From: the human T2T-CHM13v2.0 reference genome, Homo sapiens
Strand: one strand, 5' to 3'
Length of the DNA: 64,000 nucleotides
Assembly: GCF_009914755.1 (NCBI RefSeq)
Contig: NC_060936.1
Shown here in pieces: positions 1 through 12,897 of the stretch (positions are counted from its first letter, which is position 1; each line of letters starts with the position of its first letter). The notes below the pieces were generated by a model, which did no database searches, was not told the DNA's origin, and worked only from the letters and a program-made list of their open reading frames with translations. The position numbers and the translations under genes are program-made.

Positions 1-514
1 CAGGAATGGCTAATCAATAGCATGGCTTCCCTAACTCTTCCCTTCCTTGCCCACTGCAGGCATTGCTAATCGGTTGCAGCACCATTCTCACTAAGCCCAG
101 ATGAAATAGCAAAGCAACCCAAGCCAATACTCCAGGCATTCCCTCCTGATGAGTCAGAGTGGGCACCCAGGCACCAGACCAGTTTAGATGGTCTCCAAGT
201 CCTCATCTAGCACTAGGCCAATATTGGTGTTATTATTATTGCTATTGTAGGTGTTATTATTGCTGTTGCAGACTCAGTGTCCATCATAGCACTAACAACA
301 AACGTTGAAGTTCATTGAGTGTTAGCTGTGGGCCAGGCACTATTCTAAGCACTTTCACATTTTAACTTACTACAGCATCATAACCATTGGACAAGGCAGT
401 TCTTCTTCTTCTTATTATTATTATTTTACAGATCCAAGGCCTAGAGAGGGGAAGTGATTGGCCCAAGGTCACACAGCTAATAAGTGAGGCAAGGATTCAA
501 ATCCATGCCTCTGA

Positions 515-810
515 GGCCAGGTGTGGTGGCTCATGCCTGTAATCCTAGCACTTTGGAAGGCCAAGGTGGGCAGATCACTTGAGTTGGGGAGTTGGAGACC
601 AGCCTGGCCAACATGGTGAAATCCCGTCTCTACTAAAAATACAAAAATTAGCTGGATGTGGTGGGGCACACCTATAATCCCAGCTACTCAGGAGGCTAAA
701 GCAGGAGGGTCTATTGAGCCCGGGAGGCAGAGGTCACAGTGAGCTGAGATCACACCACTGCACTCCAGCCTGGATGACAGAGCCAGACCCAGTATTAAGG
801 AAAGAAAAAA
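515..810 (+). mobile_element. Alu (S/J-type) inserted into a MIR
   Basis: Dimeric Alu; TSD aaatccatgcctctg at 499-513 and 811-825. Confidence 0.95.
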
Positions 811-1561
811 AAATCCATGCCTCTGCCTCAACTGAAACAGTCCAGATGGGGTAAAGAGACCCTTCCCTTCTCTTGTAATTGGAAGTCAGGGGAAGAGAGC
901 CATCCTTTCTCCATGCTAAGCTCTGTGCCAAATTCATCACACACATGATCAGTTTGGAACTGTAATTATCCTCATCTTCCAGATGGGGAAACTGAGGCTC
1001 AGAGGGTTGATGGGACCTGCCCAAGGTCACGTGGCTGGTTGTTTTCAAGGGTTAGGGGGGTGGCGCTGCTCTTCTTTTCCCATCTGCCCTCTCCCCGCCT
1101 GCACTGTGAGCCCCTGAGGGCAGAAGCAGTGCCCGTTTATCCTGGAATCTCCGGCCTGGCACCTGGCACACTGGAGTTGCCGAATGAATGAAGGATGCAG
1201 CTAGTATGAGAGGAGTGCCAGGCTTAGGGTACATGCCAACTCTAAGACCATCACCAGCTGTCAGACCCGAGCTGACTCCTCGTCCCTGTCCTTTGCTGAC
1301 TCACCTGCCCTGCATGCGTGACCTCTCACCTCTGTTCATGGTCCCAGATGACCCAGGGGCTTCTGGTTGGGGTCCAAATCCATCATTGCTGCATGGTCTG
1401 TCCCAGCCCTGCCTCCTCCCATCCATCTTCCCACTGCAGCTCCAGAGAAGGGGACGGTGCTGGGATGGAGGGGGAGGGGCATGGTCCCACCCCAGGATAC
1501 TGTTGGCTCACTGAGTCTTCCCCAGTGTCCTCCCATCACCTCTCAAATAGCCACTCCCCAG

Positions 1562-1920
<359 letters not shown>

Positions 1921-2836
1921 TCAATGTATAAGACAGCCAAAAGCAGAGGGCTCTGGCTGGTAGGTGTGGGTTAGGGGAGTTCAAACTTGTGCCCAACCCT
2001 CACTCCTTCGCTCTCATTAGCCCCCAGGGTGGAGTCTTCCCAGAAACTTCCAGAAAGAAACTGTCCCAGGGACCAGGAAGGCTGAGTTTGAGTTTGATGA
2101 GCAGCCACTGGCTCACTGTGGCAAATCTCTTCCCCTCTCTGAGCCTCAGTTTCCCCAGTGATGACATGAGAGGATTGAACCAGAAGTTTTCAAATCTTTA
2201 TTGTTGAAACTGTAAAAACGCTGAACCCCAATTTGAAAAGGGGTTCAGACCCCAATTTGAAACGGGATTTATCCCCCTGTCTTCATGCCACCCCATGCCA
2301 GGTCAGAGGGGGCCTAGCCATCTCTCCAGAAGAGTTCAACTTTGTTCAACAAGCACATATTGAGCTCTTGTTGTATACCTGGGCTCTGTGCCAAGCCTTG
2401 ACCATACAAAGATGAAAAAGACCAGGTCCTTGACTTCAGATTGAAATTGAACATGCCCTAGTTGAAGTTGGCAGTGCAGGGACTGGAGTGCAGATTCCAG
2501 AGCTTTATCTTTTCCACCACCTCCGCCCACCCCTTTCACCAACTAGAGGTCCCTGAGGCATCTTCCTAAAACCCTAAGGCTCCTAGAAATGTTTTGAAAG
2601 TACCAGATTAGACTTTTTTCAAGCATTTTATTATGAAAAAATTCAAACATACAGCAAAGTTGAAAGACATTTACAATGAACACTTTAATATCCACCACCT
2701 GGTGTCTACCATTAATATTTTACTGTAGTTGCTTTATCCAATAAGGGCACCCTCCCAGCCCTGCAAGATTTCATGACTCAGAGAGGGCTATAGTGAGGAG
2801 TTTGAGTTCTTTTTGGGAAACCCTATGAATCTGTGA

Positions 2837-3410
<574 letters not shown>

Positions 3411-5288
3411 TGATAGTATGCATGTATGTATCATACATAGATACATAGTTCATTAATACAGAGATGAAAAAGACCAGGTCCCTGACTTTAGAGCCTTCCA
3501 ATAAGTGAAACAGACGTTTATTTCCTCTTAGCTGTCCCTTTTCTGAGAGAAAGCCCATCAGATTTTCCATTTTGCAAGGGTGGGTGGATCTGACATTGGA
3601 ACACTGGAGGAAGGATTTGATTCAATAAATCTTTACTGGGCACTTTCCATGTGCCCAGCATATTCATGTGGTTGAACTCATTGAGTTTTTTCCTTCACTG
3701 TTGCAAGAGCATTTTCCCCATTTTATATGAGAGAATGTTGAGATTCAAAAAATAAGCATATATATATATATATCTTGGAATGGATGCCAAGGCTCAGAGT
3801 GGTGAAGTAACTTGCCTAAGGTCACACAGCTAGTGATGGAGCTGGAATTGAACCCAAATATCACTTCCTAGTTCCTTGCTTTTTTCTGCATCATCAGGGT
3901 GTCTGCTGGAATCAGGGTGAAGACATACAGAGGGTAGGTTTCCTGACAAAAGCCATTCCTCAGGCCCAAGCTAGGGTCTCCATATGCATCTCTTCATCTT
4001 CTCCTCCCTTACACTCCATGAGGTTGGTGCCGTCATTCTTGCCTTTTCAGAAAATGGGAAGCTGAGGATCAGAGAGGTGAAGCAACTTACCCGAGGTCAC
4101 ACAGCCAGTTTGGTTTCATATTTCAACCTATTTGACCTGGGGCACATCTTGATGTATCACTGGTTTTTATGCTGAACATAAAGGCAGCAGGATTGTTCCT
4201 TGTCACAAAGATGGTTTAAAAGGCAATGAGACAACACTGGCTCCACTAACAATGGCGAGAACATATTTTAAGGCCATGGAGTGGCATCTCTGAGCGATAA
4301 TGGTTTACAGAACAACTCCAGGCAATTTAGTAGATCCCCTAACTCCTGGATCCCAGCCAGAAAGGGGCTCTGTGGCAAGGGCAGCCAGAAAGGGAGCTCT
4401 GTGGAGCTCCCTGGGTCTGAGCCCAGGTCTGGGGCTGCGGGAGGGAGCCCAGTGCAGCTGGGCAAGAAGTTGGGACCCAGCCTATCGAAGACGAAGGGCC
4501 CAATCAATGCTATCTCCCCGGGCCATGCCTGGCCAGACATTGATTTCTACTGCTGTTGTTAACTCCCTGTTTATGTAACGCCTGAACTTTGCACAACTGA
4601 ACCGTTTAATGTGCAGAAGAGGGCCTGTTGCCATGAAAACCAGGCTGCTCATGGCAGCTGGGATGCAGCGGTATCCCTGTTTTATTGGCCTGAGCTGAAT
4701 GTATTTTAACCTTGATAAGTCAATAACTTTTTGTACAAAAGGAAATCTGCCAGGAGGGCTTAGGAGGACCTGGGAGAGCCTGCTGGCCTTTCCAGGTTGG
4801 AGAGGAGGCGGGGCTGGCTGGGTTTAATCCCCTGGAAATATCCCTGCCACTCACAGCCTGGGAGAACCATGCCCAGCTGGCCAGAGGACAGAGAGAACCT
4901 TGGAGGGGGATGGTGGGGACCACCCATGCCTCCAATCACTATTTCCTGTCTGGTAAGGACTGCAGCTAAGTCAGACACCCACTATGGCAAAGAAACCGAC
5001 CAGGGTTCAAATATTGGCTCCACACACTCGGGAGCTCTGTGTGACCTTCAGCAAGGCCAGTGACCCCAGCCTCAGAATCAGCATCTCTAACACAAGCCAT
5101 CAGTTCCTCTTCACGGGCGTGTTGCAAAGTTAACAGATCATGTATGCAAAGCACCTGGGGTAACTCCTGGTCAACAATGGGGCCTTCATAGATTATTGTT
5201 GTTGATATATTTTACAATAATAATCATTGATTATATTTGTAGAACACATTAGGCTCCAGGAAATGTTATATCCATTTTCTCATTACAC

Positions 5289-5430
5289 GCCTGGCTAATT
5301 TTTATAGTTTTAGTAGAGACAGGGTTTTGCCATGTTGGCCAGGCTGGTCTAGAACTCCTGGCCTCAAGTGATCTGCCTGCTCGGCCTCCCAAAGTGCTGG
5401 GATTACAGGCATGAGCCACTGCGCCCATCC
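5289..5430 (-). mobile_element. Tail-less Alu left arm plus linker
   Basis: Reverse-complement Alu 5' half, flanked by direct repeat tcattacac (5280-5288, 5432-5440). Confidence 0.88.
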
Positions 5431-6019
5431 ATCATTACACTCCTTGATTTAGGCAGGGCTGGGGTAGATAGCCCCACTTTTTAGATAAGGACACTGAGGC
5501 CCAGGGAGGTTGGCTCTCTTATCTGAGGGGTCACATGATGAGATGGTGGTGCCGACTGAAGGAACCAAGTCTCTTGACTCCCAGCTTAGTGCTCTTTCAA
5601 ACTCAAAACCACAAACACAGAAATAGCCTCCATGCTATCAGGAATAGCCCAACATCCAGCCCCAGACTCATGGCAGACATCATTAATCCACGGCAGCACC
5701 GCAATCTTTCCCTTCTGAGCCTGGGCGAGACCTCAGAATCCTCCTCAACACAGAGCAGGTGTTTGAGATGAGACTCATGTGGAACCAGATGCCCTGAAAG
5801 GGCTCTGGGTTCAAGTTCCACCCCTGGCCCAAACTTGCATGACTTTGGGCAAGTGCCCTCCCCTCTCTGGGCCTCCTGGTCCCCAGTGGTGAAACAAGGG
5901 GGACGTTTAATGGTTATTGATTCTGAGGGGGTCTCCCAGGTGGAAGGGACCCCCTACCACCTCCTGGTTCCTATCCCAACTCCCCTGCAACCAATCCCTC
6001 TGAACCTTCTTCAACTCCA

Positions 6020-6830
<811 letters not shown>

Positions 6831-7624
6831 CTACACATAGCTCACCCCCTCCTCCTTGCCCCACTAGGCCTGCCCCAGAGAGAGACTCAGGTACTGGGGG
6901 GCGGGGCTGGGTGAATAACAAGGTTACATGTGTTTCTTCTTTCCCCGTTTCTCCAGGAGGAGCATAAAGAGCTCTTTCTTTTCTGCTTATTAATAGCTCT
7001 GATTAAATTATCTCTGAAAAACCTACGTGGCGTGCACCAATGGGGGCTGGGCTCCCTCCGGGCTCTGGCCTAGATCACAGCAATGAGGGCAGGTGAGGCA
7101 ACTGGGGGTGGGGTGGGAGGCTGGAGCAGGCCTGCCCCCTCTGCCTGCATAAATGCCCCGTCTCTGCCTGCTCGCCTCTCCCCAGCCCCAGCTCAGCCTC
7201 TCACCCACCTCTGCTTTTGGGGCGTTCACATCTCCCTCACTTGGAACACTAGGCCTTTGCATTGGTTGTTCCCTCTTCCGGGGGCGCTCTTCCCTCACCT
7301 CTGCCCTTGGCTACCTCCTACCCATTTTTCCCAGGGTAGCTGACTTGCCTTTTTACCATCACTGGCCCTCCGCTGAGTCAGGTGCCTGCTTCGGACTGTC
7401 CCCTCTACTGGTACCCTGGATGACACCTGTTAGTTGCCTTCTCTGTGCCCCATGAAACCTGAGTTCCAAGAGGCCTATGTCTTGGTCTGAGTCACTGCTG
7501 AATTCCCAGTGTCAAGCACAGGGCAGGTACTTAGAAAATGTTGAATGAATGAGGGAATTAGCAGACTTAAAGGGGGAATGCTCAGGCTTCAGTGCGTGAG
7601 ACCAGAGAAGGGCAAGGCAAAGAT

Positions 7625-8025
<401 letters not shown>

Positions 8026-8169
8026 TTAATCCCATTTCAAAGATGGGGGAAACTGAGGCACAGAGCGGCTGAGTCATATGGCTAGTAGCCCAGTCAGCCT
8101 GACTCTACTCCCTTCTCTTAATTCTCCTCCTCTACGTGAAAACAAAACAAAACAAAAACTTGGGCCACA

Positions 8170-8590
8170 TTCATTCAGTGATTCAGAGATTAAGTCAACA
8201 GACCTTCATTGAGTGCTGACTCTATGTCAGGCCTGTGCTAGGGAATAAAATGAACTGAATGCAGCCTTTGCCCTGGAAAAGCCCTCAGGCCAGTGGGAAG
8301 CCTGACAAAGAAGTGGGCCATTATAACACACACTGGACACATCTGTGAAGGGGGAAGTGCTCCAGCCTGGAGCAGGGTAGTCAGGGAAGGCTTCCTGGAG
8401 GAGGCAGCACTTTGGCTGAACTCTGAAGGAGGAGCAAGAGTTAGCTACCTGGAGGGAGGGCATTCTAGGTAGAAGGAACAGCATAAGCAATGACCTGGAG
8501 GTGAGAGAGGCACGTGCAAGGATTTGTAGGTATTTCAGCAAGGTTGGTGTGTGGGAGGCAAACAAGAACAGTGAGAGATGAGATGCCCTC
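8170..8590 (-). mobile_element. L2 remnant
   Basis: cattcattca...ttcattgagtgctgactctatgtcagg...gtcagggaaggcttcctggaggagg. Confidence 0.6.
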
Positions 8591-9419
8591 TGCCCCCTGC
8601 CCCCTCAGGGCCTGTCGGACCCCTGGCCAGAGCCAGTGTTCCGGGGCTGGCCTGCCTGGTGGTTTTATGGACCGTGGCAAATCCATCTTGACACTGTCTC
8701 CAATCACATAATGCAGTTATTGGAGTCGACCAAGAGCAAAGGCACGAGGGTCTGATCTCAGGGAGATGGGCATATGGGGTAGGGGGGCACTGGGAGTGTG
8801 GGGAGTGGGGCAGAGCATCTTACGGGGCATTCACCTGCCTGGAGGGGAGCGACAGGCATCTGGAAGGCTCTGACCTCTCCTGCTGGACAGCTGCCTTGGA
8901 GCCTGCTGCTGTCGGAAATTCCACCATGAGCACATCGTGGACTCATAGAACTTCAGAGATGGAGGGGTCTTTTGAGATCTTCTCGACCTGGGGTTGTCAG
9001 CCCTGGCTGTATCAGGAACCACATAGGAGCTTTGGAAACTGCTGTCCCACCAAGGAGAGTCTGATTGGTAGGGCTGGGGTTTGGGTCCTACCCTCCATTT
9101 CATGGCAGGGGAAACTGAGGTCCAGAGAAGAGAAGAAACTCCCCTCAAGGTTGCACACGGTCAGACAGTGGCTGCCACAAGGTGCAATAAATCAACGTCA
9201 GGGCTCTGGACTTTGGTTCTGTCATTTGTGTGACCTTGGGTAAGTCATGTGGCCTTCCTCTGCTGTAGGATGTGCATAGTGATCGTATATACCTTATAGG
9301 GTTTCTGCGAGGGTAAAAGGAGTTATGTGAGATAAATAGCAGTGAGCCCATGCCTGACACACAGTAGGTGTGAAGTCATGGTGACCTACAATGAAAAAAA
9401 TCCCAAACTTTTGACAGGC

Positions 9420-9950
9420 TGTGGTGCGAACTGCTGCCTTCTTCTCCTCTTCGCGATCTCTCTCATTTCCCAGGGTTTGCTTGTTACTGTCCCTCGCCCT
9501 GTCCTCAGCTGAAGTCTGGTCTCCCCACCTGTCCACACGCTGGGTCCACCCATCCAGTCGCCCCGGCCGCCCTCCCTGACGTCCCCGCAGCCCTGGCTGC
9601 TGGCCCGAGCGGGAAGCAGCTGGAGGCATAACACATTTCCAGGTAAATCCCCACCCCCACCTTCAGCCTGGGGAGGGAAGGGGAGGAGATGGGGGCGGCC
9701 GCGGAGAAATAGAGCGGAGCTGCTGGGAACAGCGCGCCGAGCAGCCGCTTAGAGGCCTGAAACAGGGCCAGCTCCTGTCCTAGATAAGGCGGCGGGTGAC
9801 CCACTTGGGCCGGCCCTGGAGGTCCGCCGCGGGCGCCTCTCCCGGCGGGGTGGGTTGGCTCCTGGAAGTAGGCTAGGGCCCGTCTATAATCAGCCCGTCC
9901 GCTGGATACGCTCCCCAGGGTCTCCAAAGCCCTCCAGCCCGGGTGAGTAC
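9420..9950. promoter_or_regulatory. Upstream small CpG-rich element
   Basis: GC- and CpG-enriched, repeat-free stretch ~1.3 kb upstream of the predicted TSS. Confidence 0.5.
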
Positions 9951-9954
9951 AGAG

Positions 9955-10110
9955 GGCATTTATTGAGCACTTAATGTGTGTTTTGAGTCCTTTACATGCA
10001 AGAATTCATTTTGCCCTCAAATCTACGCTGTAAGGTAGGAATTATGATGCCCCCCATTTCACAGACAAGAAACTGAGGCGCAGACCCGTGAAGGTAAATG
10101 GCCAAGACCA
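9955..10110 (-). mobile_element. MIR (one example of many MIR fragments across the window)
   Basis: catttattgagcactta...cccatttcacagacaagaaactgaggc MIR core. Confidence 0.7.
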
Positions 10111-11039
10111 ACAACCAGCAAGGGCAGGGCTGCAATCCCACCCAGTTTCGGTGGGACTCCAGGTATCACACGGGCATAGCCTGAGGGGTGGGGGGTCTGG
10201 CTGCTGCTCTGCATTTCTGTGGGGATCTTTGTTATTATCCCGGAAAGCTGGCTTCCTACAGTGCTGTGTGATGGACACACAGCAACTGAGGGAACTGCCC
10301 CACCCAGGACTCAATTTCCCCATCTGTAAATGAGACTGCTAGACGGGCCGCCCATGGGCTGTGAGAACCCAGGAAGCTTCTTTAAAAGTAAAAGGGAAAG
10401 CACAGTATAGTTTGATAGATTCATATTTGAACCCCAGGTTGATGTGAAACTATGCCTCAGTTTCCCTATCTATTAAGTGGGGGAGTAGGCTAGTGCCTGT
10501 CTCCTGTGGGCGTGGGGTACGTCTAGAAGGTGTAGCTTGCAAATTGCTCAGCGCTGTGCTGGGTTATATAGTTAGCGCTCCACAGATCACAACTGTGATG
10601 CCAAAAACACATCGCTGCCAAAAATAAGCCTTAGGACAAAAACATCCAGGACCATGTCACTTCACATCTCCTTACCTCAGTTTCCTCTGTAAGTTGGAAG
10701 TATAATAATAGTACCTACCGTATCAGTTTTCTCATCTGTAAAATGGGGGTGATAGTAATACCCACTCACACGGTGTTGTGAGGATTAGATAAAATACTTT
10801 GCTACATAAGTGTTAGCTATAGTTGTTATTTTTAACAAATTCCTCATGAGGTTGGTTTTTGCCAAGATTAAATGAAATAATGCCGATAATGCACTTATAC
10901 AGTGCCTTGTCCCAAATATGTGATCAGTAAATGACACTGGTTTTGCCACCCCTAGTGGGACTACAAAAACCAGCACGCCCTGCGCCCCCAGTCGGGGCCC
11001 CTCCACCCGGCGCCGGCGCGCAGCATGCCGGGAGTTGCA

Positions 11040-11280
11040 GTCCTCGCGAGGCAAGTTCCGCCTCGTCCCTGCTTGGGGGAGGAGGTTGGAGAGCCGCCCT
11101 GCCGGCCTTTGAATTTTGCCGCGAAAAGCGCGCGTGGCGGCCCCCGGCTCCGCCCCTCGCAGGACGCGGTGCCGCGTCACCCTGGTAACCGCCTCTCAGC
11201 CGCCGCTGATTGGGCTGGGCCGCGGGGGGCGGGCGGGGGACGAGACGCGGGGGCTGCTGCCGGCGCTCGCGCCTGTCAGT
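11040..11280 (+). promoter_or_regulatory. Proximal promoter motifs: CCTCGCGAGG palindrome, GC boxes, RFX X-box, inverted CCAAT, Inr
   Basis: CCTCGCGAGG 11042-11051 (BANP/Kaiso-like); GC boxes ~11147-11157 and ~11225-11239; GTCACCCTGGTAAC 11176-11189; CTGATTGG 11206-11213; TCAGT 11276-11280. Confidence 0.7.
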
Positions 11281-11487
11281 CGGGCCAGAGCGGAGCAGCG
11301 GGCAGGACTGCCTGGCCGGCTGCTCCGCGGAGAGGCTGCGCGCGCCGGCCGGGGGAGGCGGACAGCCGGGCCCGGCGCCTGTGGGGCGCGGCGCGCGGCA
11401 CCCGGGCCTGAGACCAGGCGAGGCGCCGGCGCGCGCCAGACGGCGCGAGGCTGCGGCCCCGGGAGCCCCCGCGCGCCGCCCGGGGCC

Positions 11488-11499
11488 ATGGGCGCGTGA
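11488..11499 (+). other. uORF1 (M-G-A-stop), optimal Kozak
   Basis: ggggccATGGGCGCGTGA; G at -3 and G at +4. Confidence 0.7.
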
Positions 11500-11651
11500 G
11501 AGCCCAGCGCGCGCGGCCCCTGCTGCGGCTTGCGAGCTCGCACACCCGGTGCACAGTCCCCCGGGCCGTCCTCGTGTCCGTCCTGCGCCACTGGGATCGG
11601 CTGTTTCTCAGCGCCGAGGCCCCCGAGGCTGCATCCGAGCTTGCGTCGCCC

Positions 11652-11684
11652 GCTGCCGCCGCCGCCGCCGCTGCCGCCGCCGCT
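11652..11684 (+). repeat. Interrupted trinucleotide repeat GCT(GCC)5GCT(GCC)3GCT in the 5'UTR
   Basis: Read directly from the sequence. Confidence 0.95.
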
Positions 11685-11786
11685 GTTCGCCGGCTTCCCC
11701 TCCCCCCACACCCGGGGCTCAGAGCAGGAGGAGGAGGGGCCGGTGCATTCTCGCCGCTGTTCTTTGCAACCTGCAGGGGCCGGTGT

Positions 11787-12017
11787 ATGTCCGGCGAGGA
11801 GCCGGGGCCGCTGCGGGTGCGTGCAACCCCCGAAGGAGACAATCCCTCCACCTCGGGGCGAACCCGGGGGCTGCAAGCCGCGGGCGGGCGGGCGAGCGAG
11901 AGGAAGCAACAAAGACAGGCTGCAGCTGGGGCTGGCGAAAGGGGCCGCGGCCGCCGGGCTCCCAGCGCGGGCGGAGAGGGCGCCCTGGGAGCGGCGCGGG
12001 CCGAGCTGCAGCCTTGA
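11787..12017 (+). other. uORF2 (76 aa, MSGEEPGPLR...ELQP), weak Kozak
   Basis: tgtATGt start; stop at 12015-12017 agrees with the ORF track (11496..12017). Confidence 0.5.
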
Positions 12018-12081
12018 GCGGGGCCCCGAGGGGAGGCGCAGCGCCGCCCGCCGGACGTGGCGATCACGGGCCCCGGCGAAG

Positions 12082-12138
12082 ATGCGTCGCCTGAGCGCCC
12101 GCGCGGCCCCCGTCCGGGGCGGGCGTGACCCCTGCTGA
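12082..12138 (+). other. uORF3 (18 aa, MRRLSARAAPVRGGRDPC), in frame with the main CDS
   Basis: aagATGc (A at -3); TGA at 12136-12138. Confidence 0.55.
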
Positions 12139-12278
12139 ACGGAGACCTCCCCTCCCCCCCGACTTCGGACGGCGCAGGCCGGCGCCAGGATAGCCCTCAC
12201 CGACAGCGCCCCTTCCCACCCGGAGAGAGGCATCGACCCCCAAGGAGGGCTTCCTCAGGCAGCCTCTGCCACTCCTGC

Positions 12279-12317
12279 ATGGCTGCGACCCGTCGAGCGG
12301 AGCGTCGTGGTAGCTGA
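12279..12317 (+). other. uORF4 (12 aa, MAATRRAERRGS)
   Basis: tgcATGg start; TGA at 12315-12317. Confidence 0.55.
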
Positions 12318-12897
12318 GACCTGGTGCCCTTCGACGGCCTGGCTGATCCGGTGAGTTGTGCGGGGCGGGGTTCTGCGCTGGAGCTGGGGGCACCCCCTGG
12401 CGTCCGGGCAGCCAGGATTGGACAGAAGGGGTCCTAGGCTGTTGGGGGTCCTGAAGCAGAGATAACCCTTGTCCGCCCCTTTCCTCCCTCCAAACACAAC
12501 TTGTTCAGATGGGCCAGCCGATGGGAGTGGAGGTTGGGGGGCCCATTCGGATTCCGCGGGACCCTGGGCGGGTTGGTTGCCAGAGAGGAAAGGTCACCCC
12601 ACCCGTAAAGCTAACAAAGGTATTGGCTGTGTCATCCGAAAATTCCCCGGGAACTCCAGTGTCTTGGAAGGGCTGGGGGGTGGGGGGCACCCAGGATGGG
12701 AAAACGTTGAGGGTCTCCCGAGCAGCCTCTGAGATCTTCAAGGGAAATCACCTCAGAGGGGGATTTGGGGTTCCAGAAACGCAGGTGGCCACGTTTGAGA
12801 ATTGTGCCCCATGGGGCTAGACCTTAGAGCCCTCGTTCAAACCACGTTCCCACAAATAACTCGCAGGGACGGTAGGTTCCCCAGTGGGGGCACGACA

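Larger units (their letters stand above)
11278..12350 (+). other. FAM222A: FAM222A exon 1 (non-coding, very GC-rich; TSS approximate)
   Basis: Lies in the only large CpG island upstream of exon 2. Initiator-like TCAGT (A at 11278) sits ~65 bp below an inverted CCAAT box. Strong donor CCG|gtgagt at 12350/12351. All four AUGs within it terminate before the donor. Confidence 0.8.
10950..12500. promoter_or_regulatory. CpG island / FAM222A promoter
   Basis: Extremely GC-rich, CpG-dense, repeat-free, in contrast to CpG-depleted flanks. Confidence 0.92.

Noticed and set aside
11025-12233. Long overlapping ORFs in the CpG island (345 aa and 263 aa minus; 294, 202 and 128 aa plus)
   Set aside because: Open in nearly all frames because stop codons are rare at very high GC; low-complexity Ala/Arg/Gly/Pro peptides with no recognisable domain.
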